Assembly: GCA_907165135.1 (NCBI GenBank)
Contig: OU015568.1
Location: 11,408,001-11,472,000, forward strand
Direction: 5' to 3'
DNA: 64,000 nucleotides
From: Oikopleura dioica
Lineage: Eukaryota; Animalia; Chordata
The stretch's first letter is position 1; each line of letters starts with the position of its first letter. A program made the translations under genes and the position numbers. The notes beneath the pieces were generated by a model. That model did not search any database and was not told where the DNA came from. It saw only the letters and a program-made list of their open reading frames with translations. Below, piece by piece: positions 52,101-61,956 of the stretch.

Positions 52101-55100
52101 TATGTCACCAGATGACCTTGGCAAGTTACATGGATTCAGATTCGCGCTCCCAACGCATGACGAATCTCTGTCAAGCCACCAACCTCCGAGACCGATCCCA
52201 GTTCACTTGCGTGACCAAGTTGAAACCGAAATCAACAACTGGAAAAATCTTGGAATCATAGAAGAGACCCAGTCTGATTTTAACATCCCCCTCATTATTC
52301 TCAAAAAGCCCGATAAAACAATTCGAATTTCGCTTGATGCTCGTGGGTTAAACAAGCTTCTAAAGCTAGATCGGTTCCCACTTCCCCACATGCTATCAGT
52401 AATGACTAGAATAGGTGAAAAACTCACAAAAGGAGATGCATGTTACATAAGTAGTCTTGATTACCACCGTGGCTACTGGCAAGTACAGTGCGCTTCATCT
52501 GACTCGCATAAACTTGCCTTCAGCTTTGGTAACAAGCACTACCAAGCAAACAGAATGCTTTATGGAACAGCAACAGCTCCGAGTGCGTTTTCAAGAATTA
52601 TGTCAAAACTCATGAACCATCCCTCGATCATCATTTATTTGGATGATTTGATTGTTATTGACAATTCTTTCGAAAATCACCTCAAAACACTCGAATTCAT
52701 ATTCAAACAGTGCCAAAATCATGGACTTCTACTAAGCGCAAAAAAGTGCAATTTATGCATGCGTGAAACAGATTTCCTTGGGCACAGAATTTCGAGACAG
52801 GGAATCCAACCATCAGATAAGCACATTGCAGCAATACAGAAAATTACTGTACCAACATCTAGAAAAGAACTTTAACGCTACTTGGGAATGGTCACTTTCA
52901 ATGCAAAATATGTCAAAGACGCATCCATAATTCTTGCGCCTTTGTATGAGCTCACAAGCCTGAAAAAAGAATTCAACTGGACGAGTAAACACCAGCAGGC
53001 TTTCGAAAACATGAATCAAAAGCTCAAAGAAAAACCAACACTTGGCCATTTTAAACTCGGCGCGAAGCTTCTTCTCGTGACCGACAGCTCAGGGCGAAGT
53101 GTTGGCGGGACCCTCTACCAATATCAAAATGAAAAACTAGTTGTTATTGGTTATTTTTCAAAAGCTCTCACGGGTCCTGATCTGAAAAGAAGCATGCGGG
53201 TAAAGGAACTCTTTGCGTTAACTTGGGGAATCAAATATTTCGAGTTTTACCTCCTCAATACAGAGTTCGATTGTGTTGTAGACCACAAAAGCCTGCTCTT
53301 TCTTTTCAAGGAACAACAACAGTCCAATTTGGATATCAAACTCACCAATATCCACTGCTATCTCCAGCAGTTTGATTTCACAATCATCCACAAGCCGGGA
53401 AACAGCCCGATCATGGCAAGTGCGGATTACTTTTCTCGCCTTCCAAGAACAAAAAGCTCCGACTTAGAGGACGATTCGGTGAACTTTGAGCTCCTTCCAG
53501 AACGCGTCTGTATGTTCCATCTCATCAAAAATAATGAAAATGAGGTTATTTTCTCTTTCGGTTCCGAGAAAATAACAAAAACAAAAATGAGGGAGTTGCA
53601 AAAAGAGTGCAACCTCACCAAAAATAAGCTCATTAAAGTGGAGAAATACAAAAAATCAAGATTCTCGCTCAAAGACGGAATCTTGTTCTCCAAAAATAAA
53701 CTTGTTATCCCAGACCAACTTGCAAATGAATTCATACAGTACCTGCACTGTATAACGGGACATGCTGGTGCGCAGCAATTAAACCAAATGTGCCAAAAAT
53801 TTTTCATAAGTAATATCCAAATGAAACTTAGAGCCGTAACGAGCTCTTGCCCCACTTGCATTCAATTTAAACCGATCAAAAAGCTCAAACCATCAATGAT
53901 CGAGCGACGCAACTTCGAGTCAGTTCCTTTTGAGAAAACTTTTCTCGACCTTGTCGACTATGGAAGAGTTGACTCATCAAACAAAAGGTATCTGCTGACT
54001 TGTTGCGACTCGCTTACCGGGTTTCTAGACGGTTTACCATTGGGAACAAAAAGTGACAAAACTGTCGCGCAAGCGATCCTCACTCTTGTTCTCAGACACG
54101 GGATCACCGAGGTTGTTGTTACTGACAACGGGCGTGAATTTGGACCGCTTTGCAAGCAAATTTTCGAGCGATTCCAAATCCGCCACGTTACAACAACTGC
54201 ATACCGATCCTGTTCAAATGGGAAAGTTGAAAGAATCCATCGCGAGATTCACATTCAACTCAAACAATTGAATGCAAATGATCGCAATTGGTCACAAAAA
54301 TGGGAGCAAGCTAAATACTATCTCAATAACCTACCAAAAGCAACACTAGACGGGCTCTCAAGTAATGAAGCTCTCTACGGTAGGCCTTTTCATGTTCCTT
54401 ACAAAATTGGAACATCAAATGATGGTGCCAAAGAACCATTTATCAAAGCTCTCAATGGTTATATTAAACAACTGCACCCTGCGATCCAAGCGTTCCAGGT
54501 ACAGAGGTACCAAAAACTCCTCCGAAAAGATAAAAATAATTGCCCAGTTCTTGAACTTGGTACCCAAGTGCTAGTCTGGAAACCAAATCTTTTTGACGGA
54601 AAATTAGGTACAAACTGGAGCGGCCCATTTTATGTTCATAAAAGAATCTCAAAAGATTCTTACATTCTAAAATGTTCACTCACACAACGTGAGTATCGCC
54701 GACACATAAGCCTGATCCGACCTCTAAAAAATAAGATCGGCGACTCAACAAAATTCGTCTCGATCAATGACGAAAACGATCAATCATCCATTCGCGATAA
54801 AAAACTCAATTGTGTCTCAAAAGAAATCAAGGAAGACACCCAAATAAAAATTTCCCGCTCAACTGCGTCAAAAAAGAATGCAGAAACTAAAGAGGATCCG
54901 AAAAATGAAAATAATGATCCTGTTGCGCCCCTCAAAAATGATCCTGCAAATTGGTCAAAAAGATTACGACCCCGAAAATAAGTTCCTAAAAGAGGAGGGG
55001 AAGGGGAGAGATGCATTGTTGGTTTGCACTCTCATGAGCCCACTGTGAAGAGAGAGCTTGTTCTTGCTCTAAGTTTACATTTTTGAAAATCTTAATTTAG

Positions 55101-58100
55101 CGCCATCTCAAAAGCACTAAAACTATTTTCAAAAATAGCGTGGAATGAGATATCTTGCTCTTGATATGTCCACGCACCCGTTCCATTCTAGATCCCTGAT
55201 CGATCTCTAGAATTCGTTTACTAAGGGGGAGAAGTTATTACCGCCGGGACAACGATGCACTGAGTTAACCAACACCGTACCCTAGGAATGTAAAACGATT
55301 ATCTTCTTGGACCTTCGATAAGAATTTCGACTGTATGCTGGAAGTCCATCACCACCCGCTATAGCAACGTTCAAGTTCAAGTGCCATGAGCCCGCATCAG
55401 CTCATGAAAAATATCCGTGGTAAGTCAGCTTAGTCAGCAGAAGGAACCTGCTTATCAAACCCTGCCACAGCCCGCACAGCACAATTTGATGGCTACTGGA
55501 CGCGTTGACCTCTACAACTGTTGGAGTCTGCTCCCAATGGGCCCAAACGGGTTCAGATTTACCTTCAGAAGCACGTTACACGACTACAGTAGAAGCGAAA
55601 ATTGCCCGCTTCGCATGCAGCTTAGTACTCGAACCCTGAGTGTCATCTGGTTCAGCTCGTGTGGAGAAGAACTGATGAAAGAGACTCAAATGCTCACAAA
55701 AGAAGCAATAAAAACTCAAAAATTATGTACTCGACAGCTTATCATCAAACGAGTCTTCTCGTGTGGAGAAGAATTGATGACTGCGATTCAAATGCTCACA
55801 GAAGATGCACCAAAAATTATCATCAAACGAGTCTTCTCGTGTGGAGAAGAATTGATGACTACGATTCAAATGCTCACAGAAGAAGCACCAAAAATTATCA
55901 TCAAACGAGTCTTCTCGTGTGGAGAAGAATTGATGACTGCGATTCAAAAGCTCACAGAAGAAGCATCTAAGCATCCGATTCTGCTCGTGTGGAGTAGAAC
56001 TGGTAACAAAACTCAAATGCTCACAGAAGAAGCATCAAATATACACACAAACCAAATATCAACCGTGGGAAAATAATTAGGCGCGGCACAGTTCGCCTTG
56101 GGGCGGCCAATAAGCACCGCGCATGGCTTTGAAACGAGACTCCCTTGCCCAGTCTCAAAATACACAAGCCAAACGCAAGTTCAAGAAATTTAAAATGCCT
56201 TCCCAGGGAGCAACTACCAACCTTGACTGCCACTTCTTCCGAATGAATGACAGTGGCAAGGTAATGTTCCAACGGTATGTACTACCGTCAATCTTTGGAA
56301 TTCACGTGCCAACAATCTTCCTTGACCCGAAATGGTCTCGACTACTCGATTTAACAGGAAGTATCCGGTATGCAAAAGAACGAGCCCTTGATCGACTGCA
56401 AAATCGGGCATTTCCTGAAGAAGCATTCGAAAGTATTATAGACTTTTGGAAAAACGAGTGCATGAAAGGGGAGTCCCTTCTTCGCTGGCAGACAAAGACG
56501 GCAGCTGTGGTTGAATTACTAAAGTCATTTAGGCCGATCCCGCAGTTTGCGAATGTGGTCATCAACAACTACGAAGAACACTTTTAGCACGTCGAAAAGT
56601 CTGGCGGGAATTAGCTAACTATCCAAACTTTCAAATTGAACTTAAAGAAGCTAATTCCCTATTGGAGACTTTCCTGTCAGACTTACTCGCTAAGTTCGCC
56701 CTGCCTACCCAGTCCCAGAACCAACAAGATGAAACCTTCTATAACGACTTAGATGACCAAGCGCAATCAACGATGACAACCGAGCGCAACCAGCCTGAGA
56801 TGCCAGCTGCCCCACAGAATGATATGACTGAGCACCTGTCCAGACCCTTTGTGCCGATCTCGCCGACAACATCAGCCGCAACGTCTCTGTCGATGATGGA
56901 ACATCCAAGAGCCCCGGATCCACAGCAACTGCCACCGACGACGTTCCCTACTAGCTCCAAAAAAGACATGGTCACTCAGACTCAGTTGACAACTGATACC
57001 TCCCGGACGGCTAAGGCACCAGCCCAACCTCCAACGTCAGTTCCAGCGCTGAGTTATGGCCCGATGAGCTCCGCCCCGGACGTCCTTGGCAACCAAACAC
57101 CTGGCGATCCGCCTCTTGACGACCCCTTTCCTTCAGCTCAATCTTCCAGCAACACTGACAGCGGCAACATGGTTGAAATGCTAGATGACAACTGGCGTGA
57201 TCTGCTCTTTGGTTAAAATCAGGTGCAAAAGTCATAAATTCTAGGAGGGAAGGATTTGTAGTGGATTAATATATGCAAGTATGACTTTTGCAACAAAGTT
57301 GATTTCCGCCGCGCGCAATGGCCATAAAGCCATTAGCGCGCGCATTTCAAAACCACTACCACCCTCTGAATCCGCCACCACCTTCTGTCGTAAAGCGCAC
57401 TCACCCGATTCCACCGCCACCCTCGGCTCGTGAGGCCCGATGAAAACTCGCCACCCGGAACGAAATGCTATAAAAAGAAGCACCCTTTTTACTCTGTGCC
57501 AGTCTGTACAAATCTGCGCCAACATCAACACCACAAATTTCTGAAAAACGATTACTGCTCCTACTGACTGCTCTGTCAGTACAATAAACGTCCGTAGTTG
57601 TTGCTCCTCAACTACCCCCACAACAAAACGCCTTAGTCTCCAACATTTGTTATTGCATTTATAAAAGCACTACAATCTTACTCGGAAGTATTCTTCTGCT
57701 TCGTTTGGTTTCTCGATGTGAAGTAAGATCTTCGCAAACTTCATCAAATGAAGACCGAGAGTTGGATGCATTGATCCATAAAGCTATCAAAAATTTAACT
57801 AGATACTTTTGACGTAAAAACGGACCTCTTTGTAGGAGATGATCAAACTAGCGCCAGTAGAAAGACAGAGAGACCAGTCTTGGGTCTCGATCCCAGCATC
57901 AAATGCATACTCCTGTAGTCGAATCCAATATCTATCAAAAAATGATAAGCAACAGAAAAATTCCGCTGTACGAACATATTTTCCTCTGGGAACATTTTGC
58001 GTGCGAGCCAGCCCTTCGCCGCCTCATTCATAAGTGTCCACTCTTTCTTGGTTTTGAACTCCTCCATGTCGGAAATCATCGTTTCGGCACTTTGCCAAAG

Positions 58101-59384
58101 CGGCGTCGACGGTTTCATAACGTTGCCTTTGTTGTCTTCCAACTTCTTTGAGTCAGCTTCGTGTCCATTTGTACAGCCTGGACAGGCGCATATAAATCTA
58201 TCAAAAGAAAGTCTCAATGAAACTGTTCTTTCGCCTCGATTTTACCTGTAAATACTGTTAAGATACTCTCTTCTGTCCGCTGTAACAGCTTTGGTGTCAG
58301 TGTAAGCGATTTTGATCTCCTCCCCGGGCGCGATTTTCTCCAGCGCCTTGATGATCAAATTCGTTCCGTTGAAAACAGGAAACGCGTTCGGCTTGCAAGA
58401 ATGGTTCAGCAACGATTGATCCAGGTAAAGAGCTGAGCCGATGTCACAATTAGACGCTTCCTCATCGCAAATCGCGAATTGGTTGTTTTTGATCGCTGCA
58501 ACTAAATCCAGAAGCTTTCGCGAGCCGAGAACTCCACGGGGAATTGGCTTCTTCCAGTAACGAGTGAATTTCATCAAGAAAATACCCAGATCTTCCTGAA
58601 CAACGGAATTTACGCATCTGCTGTTTTGAGACAGGTTTGTTTTTATGAACGCAAAATAGACAGAAAAAAATAAAATATTCATCCATTGTTCGTCCTTTTT
58701 TACCTGTTGTGAGGGATCGAGTCGGTCATAATGCGATTCCAGCTGTAAAACATGAATCAGCGTGTCTAATTTCGCGCTAGGCTCCTCTCCATCGCCAAAT
58801 TCGCTCTCTATTCTGAGCAATATTCGTCCGAGAAACATTGTAATGTCGTCTGGTATCGATTTCTCTGACTTAAGCATTTTGCATTCTTCTTTATGCCACT
58901 TCCACGCACTTTTCTGGCAATCCTAATACATTTGAAAATGAATTAACTATAAAAGGAGCTGGGGTACAGTACCTTGGAACAGTAATATTGGAGCTTACAG
59001 CCAGCGCAGCGAGATAGTTTTGGCTTCGATACGGTGCACTGAGCACAACGGAGGCCATGGTATTTTTTCGCTGAAGAAAACTTTGTTATTCATCAAAAAT
59101 TTTAACAGAATTAGAATCTACTTATAAAATATGGCTGATCGAAGTCTATCGTGAAAATAAATTATTAATAATAATTTTATCATCGCTCAATATAACGAAA
59201 ACAAGGAATTTCAAGGCATATGGAAACTAATATCTTATGGGTTGTTATATAGAATATTTTGGGTACCTAAAGTGTGAACGTAAGGAGACGAATTAAGGAT
59301 ATTCATCCCTGCTTCGAAGGTTTTCGTGGAATAGAGACCACGCCCCGCCTCTTTTGTTTTTCGAATTTCTAACCCTTCCATCAT
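49112..59384 (-). CDS. SMYD3: SMYD2/3-like SET-MYND lysine methyltransferase; last intron contains the LTR element
   Basis: GRGLYST, CAQC...RCAGCKLQYYCSKDCQ...WKWHKEEC, LLNHSCKPN, GEEIKIAY, post-SET FICACPGC; TPR-like tail continues left of the element (RAFGIISLFYEPD...GQI*). Confidence 0.88.
49376..49793 (+). repeat. 5' LTR
   Basis: TG...CA; TATAAAAA at 49588; AATAAA at 49702. Confidence 0.97.
49799..49805 (+). promoter_or_regulatory. Putative primer-binding site
   Basis: TGGTGAC 5 nt after the 5' LTR; complementary to a tRNA 3' end ...GUCACCA (as in metazoan tRNA-Trp), but only 7 nt match. Confidence 0.5.
50125..51465 (+). CDS. gag: Gag (446 aa) with a C-terminal CCCH zinc finger
   Basis: Long ORF; capsid-like WLKNLEIYAR...DWSRFKDRLTSMLG; C-x8-C-x5-C-x3-H at 51355-51414; ends in TGA in frame with pol. 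Confidence 0.9.
   Translation: MSELYFKHVQDLNKGELLVIYDNLEGKTYPPKIPISDKESICHNILALDKDFFVKNRKYVFEKSADGQFVRYFPQYQEDCQNQKFAQARHKIDTEKILASRNVENLDALITSLKIETESVSGSELSNDSSADSADETVIQDGQEAPKPRKQKVKTEKPESKDVPRFKKESKSTHIPKQQFEPKISRSSNLKVKPPRYDASIPIPAWLKNLEIYARCSNLSTSEIITVALTSLLNESEGSHIIQSLESEDMQDWSRFKDRLTSMLGKDKEFFKQQFKDYQRGSDSFGLALSKITSYYKQGYDLTHLNENDRSIIIERFCESQYQKMKELLMREKSQLTLENIAKRAAEIEASIPKKEINFSIQAEDDEKARFRELVNKLYQKLDSSQSTHSKSGSKRSKRSKIDIEKLKGHCFSYTKYNRCKYAENCKYIHSDKVPADVLDYVKKQE
51466..54981 (+). CDS. pol: Pol (protease, RT, RNase H, integrase); one in-frame TAA at 52873-75
   Basis: LIDSGC; IRISLDARGLN, LDYHRGYWQ, YLDD; LVTDSS...ELFA; H-x4-H...C-x2-C, D-D(35)E (DLVD, TDNG, NGKVE), WSGPF. Confidence 0.97.
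54988..55011 (+). other. Internal polypurine tract just after pol
   Basis: 24 consecutive purines AAAAGAGGAGGGGAAGGGGAGAGA followed by TG. Confidence 0.7.
55643..56035 (+). repeat. Tandem array of 5 hairpin-forming units (78-bp core period)
   Basis: GTGTG loops at 55659, 55761, 55839, 55917 and 55987, each closed by CTC/GAG. Confidence 0.93.
56074..56122 (+). promoter_or_regulatory. Putative internal promoter for the accessory ORF
   Basis: TAATTA, GC box GGGGCGG (56100-06) abutting CCAAT (56107-11), 12 nt before the ATG at 56123. Confidence 0.4.
56123..57216 (+). CDS. Accessory ORF3 (154-aa + 184-aa ORFs, one 364-aa ORF if T4 at 56582-85 is T5); not env-like
   Basis: The second frame is open from about 56532 and overlaps the first stop; adding one T gives ...NNYEEHFLARRKVWRELANYPNFQIELKEANSLLETFLSDLL...; no signal peptide or TM segment. 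Confidence 0.6.
57243..57254 (+). other. 3' polypurine tract
   Basis: AGGAGGGAAGGA, 2 nt before the 3' LTR. Confidence 0.85.
57257..57674 (+). repeat. 3' LTR
   Basis: Reads identical to 49376-49793. Confidence 0.97.
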
Positions 59385-60357
59385 CTTACAGTCTAAACAA
59401 GTCACACTTTTAATTTCTCAAAAATCACTTCAAAAGAAAATGAATCAGAAAAAAATGAGCCCAGTTAGGTTTGATTTTCGCGACTTTATACCTCTTCAAT
59501 TTCTTCTTATTTCTTTCTAATTTACAAGTTCACCAATCTCTCAAAAATCATTTCTCTCGGATTAATAAGTTTTCTTTCTGTTCGAATGAGTAGAAAAAGG
59601 GTTGATTTAATCATCGGCGTGAGTAATTTTCGAGATTGGAATTTCGGGGCGACGTAGTAGGAACCCGTCGCGCAGCTCGAGCGGATCCGAGCCGCCCAAT
59701 CAGGGCTTGAGAGTCGACATTTCGGCCAATTGCCCCAGAGAATGAAGAATTTCATTCACCCTTTTCAGCCGAAATTTCACACATTCACGCCATGAAAAAC
59801 CTTCAATTGAACTCTCTTGGAGAGTTTTTGTTTATTTAAATTCTAAATTTTTAGATCTTTGCATATTTTATCAGTATAAAATTGATATTTTCATTTATAT
59901 AATTTATTTTTCATTCATATCTTTTTATGAAATCGAGCAGATTTGGAATCGTTGAATTCTAGTTGAAAAATAAATAATAAGTTATTACGAGTTACAGTTT
60001 TTTATCCAAATACAAGATAAAAATATAACAATTGAATTAATTTTGTTGCCTCTTGTAATTAATTCACGACAGTGGCTTATATTATACGGGCAATTACAAT
60101 TTGAATTTACAAAATGGTTAATTTCAAAAACGAGCGATTTACCAATTTTAGTCTATTTGAAAAATCAATTATTGTAATTTACCCACAAAAGAAACAGCTT
60201 CAAATCCGAGCCCTAAAAGGAACTAATTAACTGCGATAATCGTCATTAGCAGAAATCAGAAGCCCCTCCTCGTGGTCGATATTTTTGAGAACGTAAACCT
60301 AAGCGAAGACATGGACGATCTTGCCTTCCGGGCGCGTTCTACTTTTTAGAAGCATTT

Positions 60358-60740
60358 TCATCCCTTCATTCTCACCACAAATAACACCTTGTTTCTGAAT
60401 GATAATGTTAGCTTTATTCTGCGTCCAGATTTTAGATAAAAAGCTCCTGTATAAGCGTCATTTTTTAACTTGAATTCTTCTGAAACTCTCTTAATTTTTT
60501 CAACGAAAAAGTGAACATTTTCTCCAATAATTGTCCCATCGACAGAGGGATGGCAAAAGACGAGCACGTCCCAGAGGAGCAACTGACAATTCAGAGGGCC
60601 TAGTAGCGCATTCGCCCCTGGAGAATAAAAAATAAAGTAACGCCGACTCCTCCTTTTCTTTTCTCGAGTGAAGACACCCGAGGAGGTGCCTAACACAATG
60701 ATCGGCCAACTGACGCTCTTGGAAATTACATTTTCGTCGA
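60358..60740 (-). CDS. Uncharacterised ORF downstream of the papain-like gene
   Basis: Open frame of about 125 codons; no start or family recognised. Confidence 0.2.
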
Positions 60741-60763
60741 AAAAAATAACATTTAGCAATGCT

Positions 60764-61900
60764 TTATTCAGGAGTTTCCTCAAAGCAGATATGATACCCG
60801 ATTCTGGGCTCGCAGTTAGTAAGACGGATGGCGATTGTTTTCGTCTCATTTGAGGTGTTTTTGAACAAGAATTCCGACTTCTCGTTAAAACCAAAAAGGC
60901 ACATCGCGTGTTTTATCGACGAATCGCCCATTCTGAAATTATTATTTACTTACTGAAATTTTGGAATTCGTTACTTGACGGGACAGACGAGAACTTTCTT
61001 GTCTTCTAGCGCTCCAACGAAATCACCAACGACTCCCATCTTCGATAAATTCGCCTAGAAGATAAATCAATAATAAAACTGCTAGAAGAACAAACCGGGA
61101 ATCTATCGTAATCAGTAGGATGAGCGAACATCTGAAGCTTCACTTTGAACGGCTCAAGCCTGTCAAGGATGGGTTTCAAGCTTCCAAGCATAAAGATACC
61201 TAAATAAGGAGAATCTAGTCTCAGACGGATGATATGTCAAATGGGAGGGACTCTTCCGAAGTTCCGACACATTCTGTTTCCAGGCCTGACCTTCTCTCTG
61301 AAGATATGTTGGCTCGGTGAGTCTCCTCATGACGTGATGGAGCATCGCCGACTGAATTTCCTCTGAGTTTGCGTTTACTTTTGTAGGAATCACATTCATC
61401 ATTAATTCCGACCGTAGAAGCTAAAACTCAATTTATGAACATGTTAATTTGAATGCTTAACTTTGTGATTGATCGACTTTATTGCTTCGTAAAGTTCGTC
61501 CTTCTCCGATTCGACTATTCGCTTAGTTTTTGATATTGCCTCCCGAAGTGAGGAACGGATCATACTTGCTGTAGCAAAAGCCCAGCATTTGAAAGAATCG
61601 CCCTTAATTTATTCGATGAAAATACAAATAAAAGAAGTACCTGGTCATGAATCGTATGACTAATCATCTTGGACAACTGGGTTATGCCTTCAAAAGTAGT
61701 GACTTTCGTGAATGTTTCGGAAAAAAAGAGTCGGGAAAAGGGGTTGTTCTCAAACTTCGCTGCTCGTCTCTGGATATCAGATCCGATCTAAATTATCTCT
61801 AGTTTTTTTCCGACGAAAAATAAGTATTTACAGGAGATTGAGATATCTCATGGAAATCGTCGGATATGCCTAGATCATCAGCATTGATTCTAGCATCACT
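60764..61900 (-). CDS. Divergent papain-fold (C1A-like) cysteine protease domain, multi-exon
   Basis: In-phase splicing gives HTIHDQ|GDSFKCWAFATASMIRSSL...ALEDKKVLVCPVK|MGDSSIKHAMCLFGFNEKSEFLFKNT; Gln-Cys spacing +6 and His-Asn +17 (papain +6, +16). Confidence 0.75.
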
Positions 61901-61956
61901 TTTTCAGGTCTTTATTTGAAGATTTTTATGAAAACTATAACCAAAAACTCAGAGTT

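Larger units (their letters stand above)
49376..57674 (+). mobile_element. Full-length Ty3/gypsy LTR retrotransposon (Tor-like), 8299 bp, very recent insertion
   Basis: Two 418-bp LTRs with no difference seen; TGTAGTG...CACTACA ends; 4-bp TSD ATCT (49372-75 / 57675-78); gag, PR-RT-RH-IN order; PPT before the 3' LTR. Confidence 0.98.

Noticed and set aside
52873-52875. Second programmed readthrough in pol
   Set aside because: UAA-CGC is a poor readthrough context and lies within a conserved RT motif; a nonsense mutation or error is simpler
55672-55700. CTGATGA in the array as a hammerhead or box C
   Set aside because: No downstream GAAA core or box D; TGATGA is explained as the 3' strand of the hairpin lower stem
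55417-56076. 219-aa ORF across the array as a real gene or env
   Set aside because: It is open mainly because the 78-bp unit lacks stops (two other frames are open too); no signal peptide or TM; the variation pattern fits RNA structure better
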